Source: an uncultured Verrucomicrobiae bacterium (GTDB lineage Bacteria > Verrucomicrobiota > Verrucomicrobiia > Limisphaerales > Palsa-1400). From it: a stretch of 64,000 nt of DNA. Positions 40,522 to 49,259 of the stretch are shown piece by piece; the first letter of the stretch is position 1; every line of letters starts with the position of its first letter. A program made the position numbers and the translations under genes. The notes under the pieces are model-generated. The model did not search any database, was not told where the DNA came from, and saw nothing but the letters and a program-made list of their open reading frames with translations. The DNA lies in contig CAVXRD010000002.1 of assembly GCA_963764165.1 (NCBI GenBank), positions 832,001 to 896,000 of the forward strand. Reading direction: 5' to 3'.

Positions 40522-41436
40522 TTACAAGAGAGTTTCTTTATTGGCGCGTCCAGACAGCCAAGGCAAGGTCAGGACATTCTCGGCAGATGAAAGCGAAGCG
40601 AAATCTGCGAAAAGAAACAGACCGTGTCCTTGTTCAAGTTGAGCACATGCCTCCACCATGTGCTGTCGCCGTTCGGCGGCGGTGGTCACTGTCAAAACAC
40701 GAAAGCGGTCAAAATCAAATAGGGAACGATGAAGGCCCTGGCGCCACGTCGCTTCGTAGGCGAGGAGTTTTCTGTAGAAACTGCTTTGATCCAAACCGTC
40801 TCGCGTGACCGGCATTGTGCCGCGATCCGCTTCAAGGAAAAACCAAGAGAGAATTTGGCGTCCGCTTTTATCAGTAATCTCCAATCCGAAAACCCTGTCA
40901 GGAATGACACCGCATTTGATGCCGCTGGCGACGTTCACTTTCCACTGGAATGGCTCACGCTGGCGTGCCGCGGCAATCGGGATCGCCGCGTCATCCGGCC
41001 TGATCAATTTTACACCCGCCTGATTTCGGCATGCGACTTCAAACGCAACCATTACGTCGGAAATCAACAAGGCATGATCGAGGAAAATTCGGCCAACGCG
41101 ACTCTTCTGCCCCCATTCGAGGCGGTGATAGGGAAATCCCAGTTCGCGTTTCAAAACCGCAGCACCTTTATTTCCGATCCCGTAAACCATCGGACGAGAA
41201 CCGTTCTGATAATAGTCGATTTGACACCGTGGCCGTTCCAGAAATCCATGGTGATAAAGCAGTTGAAGCCGCCGAAGAATCTGCTGCTTGCTGCCGGGAA
41301 GAAGCGCGCAAAGGTGGCCGGATCGTAAAAATCTGTGGCTGCTGACATGTTTGAGAATTTTCAAGTCGCGTTCGGTCAACCGAAAGCGGGAAATATTCTC
41401 TGATCTATTGAAACGGGGAAGTCGGACAGAACACAT
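40522..41436 (-). CDS. Replication-relaxation (Replic_Relax) family protein
   Basis: LTERDLKIL..HRFL wHTH, FLDHALLI, IPDRVF, FFLEADRGT, RKLLAY, FRVLTVT. Confidence 0.85.
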   Translation of the reverse strand: MCSVRLPRFNRSENISRFRLTERDLKILKHVSSHRFLRSGHLCALLPGSKQQILRRLQLLYHHGFLERPRCQIDYYQNGSRPMVYGIGNKGAAVLKRELGFPYHRLEWGQKSRVGRIFLDHALLISDVMVAFEVACRNQAGVKLIRPDDAAIPIAAARQREPFQWKVNVASGIKCGVIPDRVFGLEITDKSGRQILSWFFLEADRGTMPVTRDGLDQSSFYRKLLAYEATWRQGLHRSLFDFDRFRVLTVTTAAERRQHMVEACAQLEQGHGLFLFADFASLSSAENVLTLPWLSGRANKETLL

Positions 41437-41571
41437 GCCCTAATTTTAACATGAAATGGAGACATTGCTTGCGCTGGTTTGAAATGCAGGTGAATGAGGC
41501 GGATGCCGCTCGGAGGGGCTGGATTTTTGTGTTTAAAAAATGTCTGACGGCTGTATACACTTTCCGAATAT

Positions 41572-41934
41572 ATGAGCACCAAACAATTCTTTCCCATCAC
41601 CTTGACAAACGAGGAGCGCGACGCAGGATTTCGCCTCGTTCATTCGAATATTCCATTGGAATCTTCGAAGTTCGTCGTTGCTGTTCTGATGCTTAGTCCG
41701 AGCGCACGCCTGATCAAGATCGCTGGCGGCTATCATCTCCAATATTACTACGCCGATAAGCATCCGTTCATGAAGAACGTTCCACAAACCGCTGCTTGGA
41801 ACTCGGTCGGGACAGGACCATCGAGCACCATCGAGCACGCTAAACACCGGTTTCACACAGAAAAGCTCGACCCGCATTTCACGCTTGCCATCGCCCCAGA
41901 AGATCCAACGGTTGCTCTGCCTGATCCCCAATGA
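41572..41934 (+). CDS. Hypothetical protein (gene-cassette ORF)
   Basis: 120-aa ORF directly followed by an attC-like site. Confidence 0.6.
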   Translation: MSTKQFFPITLTNEERDAGFRLVHSNIPLESSKFVVAVLMLSPSARLIKIAGGYHLQYYYADKHPFMKNVPQTAAWNSVGTGPSSTIEHAKHRFHTEKLDPHFTLAIAPEDPTVALPDPQ

Positions 41935-41944
41935 ACCCGGAATC

Positions 41945-42043
41945 GCCTAAAACGTCTTCGGAACAAACCGCCGTTGGCCTTGGCCGTTCCGATGTTGCGG
42001 TTCGCGTCACGGGCCGGCGGTGGCTCATCTCACCTTGTTAGGC
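41945..42043 (+). other. Integron attC-like recombination site
   Basis: GCCTAAA (degenerate R'') ... GTTAGGC (R'), inner ACCGCCG/CGGCGGT pairing, 99 bp, located just after a stop codon. Confidence 0.65.
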
Positions 42044-42089
42044 GCACAGAACCTGTGAGGAAAAAATAAAGTAACAAAAAAGCATATAT

Positions 42090-42242
42090 ATGGTGTGGCA
42101 CTTAAGAAAGAAACCGTCCGGTATAAAAGCAATCCGCAAGATTCAGCCAATAAAGCCCATCAAGCCGATCAAACCCATTAAACCAATTCGACCGATTAAG
42201 CCGATAGCACCGATTGGGAAAGAGTATTATTGGAGAGATTAA
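42090..42242 (+). CDS. 50-aa cationic proline-rich peptide with PIK repeats
   Basis: MVWHLRKKPSGIKAIRKIQPIKPIKPIKPIKPIRPIKPIAPIGKEYYWRD; repeats vary mostly at synonymous codon positions. Confidence 0.7.
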   Translation: MVWHLRKKPSGIKAIRKIQPIKPIKPIKPIKPIRPIKPIAPIGKEYYWRD

Positions 42243-42253
42243 GCCGCCGACGG

Positions 42254-42502
42254 CTATTCCCGCGCCTCGCGCTTCGCCTGTTTCAGCACGGCCTCAAAAT
42301 CAATGCCAATGGCATCGCAAATCCGCAACACGGTGTCCAGCGTCGGATTTCGTGTTTCCGTCTCAACATAACTGACCATTTGGCGCGACAATCCCGCCGC
42401 TGTCGCCACGGCTAATAGCGACAACCCGCGCTTGTTACGCTCTTCGCGCAAAATGCGCGCGACAGCGGCGCAGATCGCGCGACGAGCTTTTTCAGTTGCC
42501 AC
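42254..42502 (-). CDS. XRE-family HTH transcriptional regulator
   Basis: LREERNKRGLSLLAVATAAGLSRQMVSYVETETRNPTLDTVLRICDAIG. Confidence 0.88.
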   Translation of the reverse strand: MATEKARRAICAAVARILREERNKRGLSLLAVATAAGLSRQMVSYVETETRNPTLDTVLRICDAIGIDFEAVLKQAKREARE

Positions 42503-42527
42503 TCCACATACCTAGCAGAAAAAAGGT

Positions 42528-42556
42528 TGACAGTGGAGGCCACTATAGTTACCTTT
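42528..42556 (+). promoter_or_regulatory. Sigma70-like promoter with internal palindrome (candidate XRE operator)
   Basis: TTGACA-17nt-TACCTT; spacer contains AGTGG-AGG-CCACT; lies between divergent genes. Confidence 0.55.
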
Positions 42557-42561
42557 CTGGC

Positions 42562-42801
42562 ATGTTTATGAAGCGAATTGGCCCGGACCCGCATGCGGAC
42601 GGCGCACGAACGTTTGCCTGTAACGGTTGCCCCGACATTCGGGAGCTCGAAGGTGGCGATTTCGCCATCATCGGAACCGACATCTGTGATTTGGCAGATC
42701 GGCTGCCGTCCTCTGCCAATTGCGGGCCCGACGAACGGATTATTCGAATCCCGCGCAAGACTCTTGTTCTGGCCAAGCCTGACATTCCGGACAGCTTGTA
42801 G
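42562..42801 (+). CDS. Small hypothetical protein (CxxCP motif)
   Basis: MFMKRIGPDPH..CNGCPDIRELEGGDFAIIG; divergent from the XRE gene. Confidence 0.65.
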   Translation: MFMKRIGPDPHADGARTFACNGCPDIRELEGGDFAIIGTDICDLADRLPSSANCGPDERIIRIPRKTLVLAKPDIPDSL

Positions 42802-42841
42802 GTTTGGACCATTCGCGTCGGTGCGGTATAATCACCGGTAA

Positions 42842-43294
42842 ATGGGCATTCACGAGTGGTTTGGACAACATTGGTTCGATTTGTTTCAAACGGTGGCTGT
42901 TGTGGGCACTGTGATTTTCACGGGCCTTGCCCTACGAGACCAAACACGCGCCCAACGTCTGACGAACCTTCTCATCCTGACTGACAGCCATAGGGAAATC
43001 TGGAGCAACTTGTTCACATTTCCCGATTTGGCACGGATTCTTGAGCCGTCGCCTGACCTGGATAAAAATCCGACGAACGTAAGCGAACAGCGTTTTGTGG
43101 TGCTGGTAATTCAGCACGTCCATTCCACCTACCAATCGGTCAAGGAGGGCTTGGTGGTAAAGCCGGAATCGCTATATCGGGACGTGGCCTCGTTTTTCAA
43201 ACTTCCCATTCCAAATTTGGTTTGGAATCAATTCAAGCATTTGCAGGACGACGATTTTGTCGCTTTCGTGGATTCTTGCTTAGAATCGGAGTAA
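42842..43294 (+). CDS. Membrane-anchored hypothetical protein (DUF6082/DUF4760-like; tentative)
   Basis: N-terminal TM helix followed by a helical soluble domain. Confidence 0.6.
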   Translation: MGIHEWFGQHWFDLFQTVAVVGTVIFTGLALRDQTRAQRLTNLLILTDSHREIWSNLFTFPDLARILEPSPDLDKNPTNVSEQRFVVLVIQHVHSTYQSVKEGLVVKPESLYRDVASFFKLPIPNLVWNQFKHLQDDDFVAFVDSCLESE

Positions 43295-44570
43295 CGGACG
43301 GGGTCTCCATCCAGCGCCTTAGCCGCTGCTCGACCAATATCCTCGGGGTGGCAAACCTCTCTCGCGAACGGAGAACGTGGCGCTGGGGGTGGCGGCCATG
43401 ATTTGCCAACGGCTGCGACGTGGTTCCTCTGAAAGGCACCTTATCCTGACCGTCCTCCATAAGCTTCGCCAGCACCTCGTAGCGGTTCAGGTCAACGAAC
43501 TGCTTTGCAACAAACTCGTTCCCAAATTCTTTTTCCAAAACCGCCGCATCCGTCTGGCCAATCCGAAATGCAATCGTGCTGCCAACATTTCCAAAGACGG
43601 CCTGGCGGACAGGGAGGGTAAGCTGATCGACATACTGATGCGACAGAGTCAGGCAAAGACGATATTTCCTGGCTTCAGCCAGCAAAGAAGCGAACGCATC
43701 GGTGGTGAAGTTTTGAAATTCGTCGATGAAAAGAAAAAAATCGCGGCGTTCTGTTTCGGGTTGACTGGCGCGGGCCATTGCCGCGAGTTGGAATTGCGTA
43801 ACCAGAAGCGAACCAAGCAGATTGGATTTATCATGGCCCAACTTGCCTTTGGAGAGATTGGCGATGAACAAGCGCCTGTTGTCGGTGATGAATTGGAAAC
43901 TTACCTTGCGCTGCACCTGTCCCAAAATGTTGCGGATGACTGGACTCAAAAGAAGCTGGCCGAGTTTGTTTTGGATTGGCGCAATCGCTTCTCGCTGAAA
44001 CCGGGCATCGTAACCAGCATATTCCTTTTCCCAAAATTCGCGGATGAACGGGTCTTTAATTTGGCGGATTACCCATGCGCGGTAAGGGTCATCGGTGAGC
44101 AACCGATTGACGCCAAGCAGGGAAGTGTTTGGGCATTCCAAAAGCGCGGCAATCGAATTGTAAAGAATATACTCCATCCTTGGGCCCCATGAATCCCGCC
44201 AGATGCTTTTTAGAGCTCCAACAATGCCTGATGCAACCAGATGTCGTTCATCAGTCGGAACATTCGCCAATAGATTCAGTCCAATCGGAAAATCCAAGTC
44301 AGCGGGATTGAAATAAACCAGATGGTCCGAACGCGCAGCGGGGATGTGATTTAACAGTTCCTCTGCCATGTCGCCGTGGGGATCGATAAAACCAACACCA
44401 TGCCCGAGGGAAATGAGTTGAATAATCCAGTTCCGAAGCAGGGTCGTTTTGCCGGAACCTGTTTTTCCGACCACATAGACATGGTGCCGCAATTCGGGGA
44501 TTTGGATTCCGAATGGTATTGGCTGGCCCCAGCCGTCGCGGGAGCCGATGTTGATAGTGTTGTCATTCAT
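43233..44570 (-). CDS. Type IV coupling protein / TraD-VirD4-like P-loop ATPase
   Basis: HVYVVGKTGSGKT, IDPHGD, FIDEFQNF, EARKYRL, SHQY, FGNVGS. Confidence 0.88.
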   Translation of the reverse strand: MNDNTINIGSRDGWGQPIPFGIQIPELRHHVYVVGKTGSGKTTLLRNWIIQLISLGHGVGFIDPHGDMAEELLNHIPAARSDHLVYFNPADLDFPIGLNLLANVPTDERHLVASGIVGALKSIWRDSWGPRMEYILYNSIAALLECPNTSLLGVNRLLTDDPYRAWVIRQIKDPFIREFWEKEYAGYDARFQREAIAPIQNKLGQLLLSPVIRNILGQVQRKVSFQFITDNRRLFIANLSKGKLGHDKSNLLGSLLVTQFQLAAMARASQPETERRDFFLFIDEFQNFTTDAFASLLAEARKYRLCLTLSHQYVDQLTLPVRQAVFGNVGSTIAFRIGQTDAAVLEKEFGNEFVAKQFVDLNRYEVLAKLMEDGQDKVPFRGTTSQPLANHGRHPQRHVLRSRERFATPRILVEQRLRRWMETPSVTPILSKNPRKRQNRRPANA

Positions 44571-45393
44571 GATCGCAGACTCAGCCGTCACTCCCGGCCA
44601 TATCGAAAATTCCCCGTGTCAGTTGAACTTTCGACAAAGAAACGCCGCACCGGTGTCAGGCGTTTGAATGGCTGTTCCCGGACGGGAACCATTGGCAAAC
44701 GCTGTTGGGTGCGAGCCAACGGGGTAATGGCGGCTGAGTCTGAAACCCGAAGATACTCATTTTAGCACGGGAAGTTGGCGCGCTGTGCGCGGCTGCTGTG
44801 GATTGGCCGCGTGGCGGCGACACGGGTCAAAATCGGCGGGGCGCTTTTTCCAGGATGCAAAAGCGGAGGTTCGTTCCGCAGGAAACCGTCGTCTCGTGCT
44901 CCGCGTACTCACACGGAGTCGTTGGGCGAATTCGCCCGCGCTCGTGTGTCCGATAGGACTCTCTATGAACCCGTCCCCCCAACGTGTCGGCGGTTAAAGG
45001 ACGATAGGACTGGCGCGGCCGACTTCGCGCTTTTTGGTGAGAGACGACGGTTAGGAGGAACGAATCCCGATAGCCACCTGGAAAAAGCGCGAAGTCGGGC
45101 GTTAGCCGACGACACGTTGGGGAAGTCGTAAGGCCCCGTTGAGCCGTAAAACTCTCGTCGGCGCGATCCGCGCCCCTACATACCATGTATGTAGCCCCTC
45201 GTTCCCGGCACTCATCAAGGACAATACCGCATCGGCGCGATTGGTCATGGTGTAAACTAAATGGGCAGACCGCCGATGCCGGAATGTCAAGCAAAAGGAG
45301 TATTGATTGGAGCCATGTTCGCGCCCAGCGAACCGAAATAGGTGGAGCAAGCCGCGCGACGTGCGCAGCAAGTAACATCCGAATGGGTTAAAA

Positions 45394-46191
45394 CTACCCT
45401 GATTTCGGCTGCAACGGCAGCCTAACCGCAAACTTCTCGTCTCGACTCTGGCTTGCGAGGCGAGGTGCCATTTCGCGAAATACCGTTATGTCGCGGATTC
45501 TCTTTTGCCAAGGGTCGCGGTGTCGGAAAAGAACCTCATCCAATGACCCTCCTATCATCCCAACACGAGTTTTAGTGTGTTCGTATGAGCCTTTTCTGAC
45601 GCGGTATGCGATTAAGTCAGCCGCCTGAAGCGGGGTGCAGTCTTTGTCGTCAACAAAGGCCACTGATGAAAACCGAGGATGTTTGATTTTTTGTTTGTTA
45701 AAAACTTCTTTAAAGGACTTAATCCAGTCTGACTTGTTACTATCGCAAAAAAAAGACACCCCATCTGTGTTGCGGGGCCAGTGCAAACTGATTGTTTTTC
45801 CAACACTTTCAAAGAACGCCTCAAACAAAACCGGAAAAGGGTCATCCGGGTCGCCAGTTGCGACATAATCCTTTAAATTGAACATTGAACCGACCGGCAC
45901 TTGTTGCCCCGCTACGGCGGCAAGCTCAAATAGAAAAGTGTCGCGGCGCATTTCCCCCCAGTTGTAATAAGGGCTTTCTGGATCATGTTCGGAATCTCTA
46001 AGTGAGAAAAATTCCCGACAGTGAAAGTGGGAAACGCCATATTTTTTTAACACCGACTCCCAATGCCAACGAAATTTTACCCATTCTTCTACATCGCCGA
46101 TGTATCCTCCGAAAGTCGGAGCTTCCGAGCCACGGAGTCTTCCCGACCGATCATGCGTCCCGGATTCGTCTGCATAAACAACAAGGTTCAC
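45394..46191 (-). CDS. Second, divergent DUF3800 domain protein (low GC)
   Basis: VYADESGTH...PLQAADLIAY. Confidence 0.8.
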   Translation of the reverse strand: MNLVVYADESGTHDRSGRLRGSEAPTFGGYIGDVEEWVKFRWHWESVLKKYGVSHFHCREFFSLRDSEHDPESPYYNWGEMRRDTFLFELAAVAGQQVPVGSMFNLKDYVATGDPDDPFPVLFEAFFESVGKTISLHWPRNTDGVSFFCDSNKSDWIKSFKEVFNKQKIKHPRFSSVAFVDDKDCTPLQAADLIAYRVRKGSYEHTKTRVGMIGGSLDEVLFRHRDPWQKRIRDITVFREMAPRLASQSRDEKFAVRLPLQPKSG

Positions 46192-46365
46192 AAAAATCTT
46201 TCCCGAAAACAAAGAAACCCACTCAGCAAATCCTTTTGCCGTTTGAAGCGGCGTTTTTGTTGCGCTTTTTGCCTCTAAAGATTAAGCCCTTTGGCCACCG
46301 GAAAGCAACGGCGATATCTTGTTAGACATAAACCTAATCACGGGGTATTTTTGGCTTCGGTCTGC

Positions 46366-46725
46366 ATGAATCCGGTAAAAATCCATTCGGTCACGCTTAA
46401 AAATTTCACGGCAGAGGAGTTGAACGGCCAACGCCTGGCTCATTTGGTTTGCGGCCACATTCATTGTGGTGACGTGGAGATGCACGTTTCAGAATCTTTT
46501 GAGGAGCTAGGAAAACACGTCGTTTCCATGACATTGGTAGTTGTCTCAGAAGCCAAGCATGGCGCAGAGCTTGGACAAATCCGCACAAACAAAGTAACAC
46601 TGGATCAAGCCACCGTTGATAAAATTGAAGTCGCAAATGATACGACCGAATACGGGCGATATGCCAAAATGGGGGGATGTCCCTTTGTTGTCCTAGTTGA
46701 GCTTTTTTCTCCAATGAGTCAATAA
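46366..46725 (+). CDS. Hypothetical protein (start uncertain)
   Basis: Open frame in a low-GC patch; no family recognised. Confidence 0.4.
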   Translation: MNPVKIHSVTLKNFTAEELNGQRLAHLVCGHIHCGDVEMHVSESFEELGKHVVSMTLVVVSEAKHGAELGQIRTNKVTLDQATVDKIEVANDTTEYGRYAKMGGCPFVVLVELFSPMSQ

Positions 46726-46860
46726 TCCATTGACTGGCAGTCGCGGTCGGACGATTAAGCAACAATTGCTGGCAGCGGGTTACAAGTTTTGTTTCCGCAC
46801 ACTTGCTGCCAGCACTGGATTTCATACCACGGATGATCAAGGGAGAATGGCTCAACAGGG

Positions 46861-46971
46861 CCATCCAACGATGTTTGGATTGCTGCCTTGGCGAGGCAGC
46901 ACAATTTATCAGTCTTGAGCGCCGATTCTCATTTCGATAGCGTTCCTGGCGTCCGCCGGATTAGCTGGTGA
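46861..46971 (+). pseudogene. PIN/VapC toxin C-terminal remnant
   Basis: PSNDVWIAALARQHNLSVLSADSHFDSVPGVRRISW*; in-frame stop at 46834 upstream. Confidence 0.7.
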
Positions 46972-47113
46972 CTTGGAGCAAATGAATTTCGCTGGGTTTG
47001 ATTCCCATCATCTGCCCCATTGATTGCCGTTATGGTTCGGCGTCAAGCCGCCGTCGCAGCTCCAGTTCGTCCAAACTACTAGGAACACCTTTCAATTTAA
47101 CGCCCGGATGACT

Positions 47114-47374
47114 TCAATCACGACCTTTGGCCTTCATAAACCAGCGTTGTTGCTCGACCAGTCCCGAGGTTGGTTTGGGCGCGCGCGGTGGCACGCGATA
47201 GTCCGCCGGTCCGCACAAGAGCACCAAGGTCCGTTCGGAGTTGGACCCGCGCAATTCCCGCCGCCGGACTGCCTCCAACGCCGGAGTCGCGTCATGCCAC
47301 GTCTGCACTCAACGCTGGCCGCTTGCGATTTGCTCGGGGGTCCAGTTCGAAATAGCGGACTTTTTCGAGTTCAC
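47114..47374 (-). pseudogene. Small hypothetical gene with an internal TGA
   Basis: VNSKKSAISNWTPEQIASGQR*VQTW...PTSGLVEQQRWFMK; same frame on both sides of the stop at 47309-47311. Confidence 0.5.
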
Positions 47375-47731
47375 CGTCAGAATCTAACAGTACAACCCAT
47401 TCACAGCAAAGTCATTTGAGCCGGAGAACTGCGGCAGCTACCGCAGCGACTGAGCGGACACTTGAAGGGCGGGAGCGAAATGTTACCGATTGGCTGCCAT
47501 ATTGTTACCGTTTTTGCAGCCCGCTTAAATGCCTGACTATCAATAATGTAGCCGATGTTACCGTTTTTTAGAGATTGGAGACGTATTCGCACGGTAACGA
47601 CGGCTTGATTCCATTCACAGGCTCCAACTTTCGGATGGACATAGGACGGCGGTCAGGTTCAAGTTGGATGTGCTGATTCCACGAATCGGCAATAGTGAAA
47701 GTAGAGCCTGTCAAACAACATTCCGCGGTGG

Positions 47732-49126
47732 ATGCGAGGCGATCTCGCCGCCAGCCGTGCTGAGCCTTCCGAAACTCCGCCAGTGAACGTGCCTTCCATT
47801 TTGCATTCGATCCAAGCTCATTGGCTGGCCGTTGCCGTCGCCGCGCTGGCCTTGTGGGTTGGTTACAAGTTTATTCAGAATGAGGATTTCGCCGAACACC
47901 TGTCTGTCTTGAAATTTGGGCTTGTCCTGTTGGCGGCCACTTTCCTTGTCGGCATGTCCATCGGCAAATTTTCCGGCTCGCCGCTGGCCGGGGCCTGCGC
48001 TGGCGTGGTCCTTGCGATTCCCGCGCTTCTTTTCCTCTTCAAAGTGTTTGATCGGGCTTTTAACGATTCGCTGGGTGGCTTTGTGTTCGATCTGCTTTTT
48101 AATGAAGGGCCTTTCGCCGAGAAGATTCGGACTGCCAGGAAAAAAAGGCCGAACCTGACCCTGCTGCGCCATTGGCGCGATACCGGACAGGTCCGCAAAG
48201 CCAACCGCGCGGCGAGCGGGGCTCTGGCCAACGATCGCCAGTGCTTCGGCCATTGGCTGTTTGCCATCGAAACGGCGCTGCTCTATGAACGGTCGCCCTA
48301 CAAGGCCAGACGTCTGGCCCGCAGGCTCATTCGGTTGAAGGAGATCAGCGAAGAGCAAAAACTTTATGCGGTCAAACAGCTCGAGACCTGGAGTGATTTA
48401 ACCGGAAAAAGAATCAGCCTGAATCTGCCCACACGAGTTGTCCGGCGAAAACCATTTGAGGAAGCCATCGCACTGCGTGACCATGGGTTCTTCGAGGAAG
48501 CGGAGACCAGGCTGCGGCACGTCCTAACGCGCGATCACCATGATTTCGCCGCCTTGCAACTGCTGATTCGCCTTTACGCGCAGGATTTGAAAAGGCCCGA
48601 TTTGGCTGAAAAGACGTTTGAGACTCTGAAGGACGCCCCGCATGTTCCGAGTTCATTGGTCGATTTCGTCGATAAGAGTATTTCCGATTGGAACGCCGCG
48701 CCGCCCTGCGCCGAGCGGAAAAAAAGATCGTTTTGGGAGCGTCTGTCCTTTCGTTCGCCGAAAGTTCCGATTTCCGGTTCGCTGTCGCCGGACTCGGGAG
48801 TGGCAGTCGAGCTGCCGACGGCTGAATCTCCGGGGTTCGGGCCCGACCCGTCCATGTCGGTCGCGGATCTCTTGAAAGACGGATATATGGGAACAGCCTT
48901 GGAACGGGCCCAAACGGAAGCCGAGGCGGCCCCAACCGACTTCGCCCTCCAACGCCAGTTGCTGGACGCTTATTGTCACGGTTTCATCTCCATCAAAAAT
49001 GCTGAGAAACTGCTGGCGAAGATCGAGAAGGAGCCGAAATTCAACGAGCAACAAAAACAGGAAGCCCAGCGGATCGTCAATGACGCGAAGAGCGCGGAGC
49101 GCGAACTCGCCCGTCGAATATATTAG
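47732..49126 (+). CDS. Membrane protein with TPR-like cytoplasmic region
   Basis: Three N-terminal TMs; FAALQLLIRLYAQDLKRPDLAEK helical repeats. Confidence 0.65.
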   Translation: MRGDLAASRAEPSETPPVNVPSILHSIQAHWLAVAVAALALWVGYKFIQNEDFAEHLSVLKFGLVLLAATFLVGMSIGKFSGSPLAGACAGVVLAIPALLFLFKVFDRAFNDSLGGFVFDLLFNEGPFAEKIRTARKKRPNLTLLRHWRDTGQVRKANRAASGALANDRQCFGHWLFAIETALLYERSPYKARRLARRLIRLKEISEEQKLYAVKQLETWSDLTGKRISLNLPTRVVRRKPFEEAIALRDHGFFEEAETRLRHVLTRDHHDFAALQLLIRLYAQDLKRPDLAEKTFETLKDAPHVPSSLVDFVDKSISDWNAAPPCAERKKRSFWERLSFRSPKVPISGSLSPDSGVAVELPTAESPGFGPDPSMSVADLLKDGYMGTALERAQTEAEAAPTDFALQRQLLDAYCHGFISIKNAEKLLAKIEKEPKFNEQQKQEAQRIVNDAKSAERELARRIY

Positions 49127-49140
49127 GCTCGGCCCACTTC

Positions 49141-49259
49141 CAGGGCAGACGCATCTTAATTATTGTAATTCTTTAAAAATCAACGAGCGCCAAGCTCGTT
49201 GACAGGCAGGGACGCCTCGGCGAGGCGTCCCCACCTTTTAATAAGATGCGTCTGCCCTG
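49141..49259. mobile_element. 119-bp MITE with 18-bp TIRs and a 10-bp TSD
   Basis: CAGGGCAGACGCATCTTA...TAAGATGCGTCTGCCCTG, flanked by ggcccacttc / ggctcacttc. Confidence 0.8.

Larger units (their letters stand above)
31463..47600. mobile_element. Decaying integrative mobilisable genomic island (right end uncertain)
   Basis: att fragment, integrase, ardC, radC, primase, Replic_Relax, coupling ATPase, several pseudogenes and low-GC patches. Confidence 0.8.

Noticed and set aside
35492..41436. Prophage
   Set aside because: No capsid, terminase, portal, tail or lysis genes; the content is plasmid/ICE-like.
44780..45390. Group II intron or a protein-coding gene (e.g. 44827-45378)
   Set aside because: No convincing domain V/VI or reverse transcriptase gene; the ORFs look like random translations of structured DNA.
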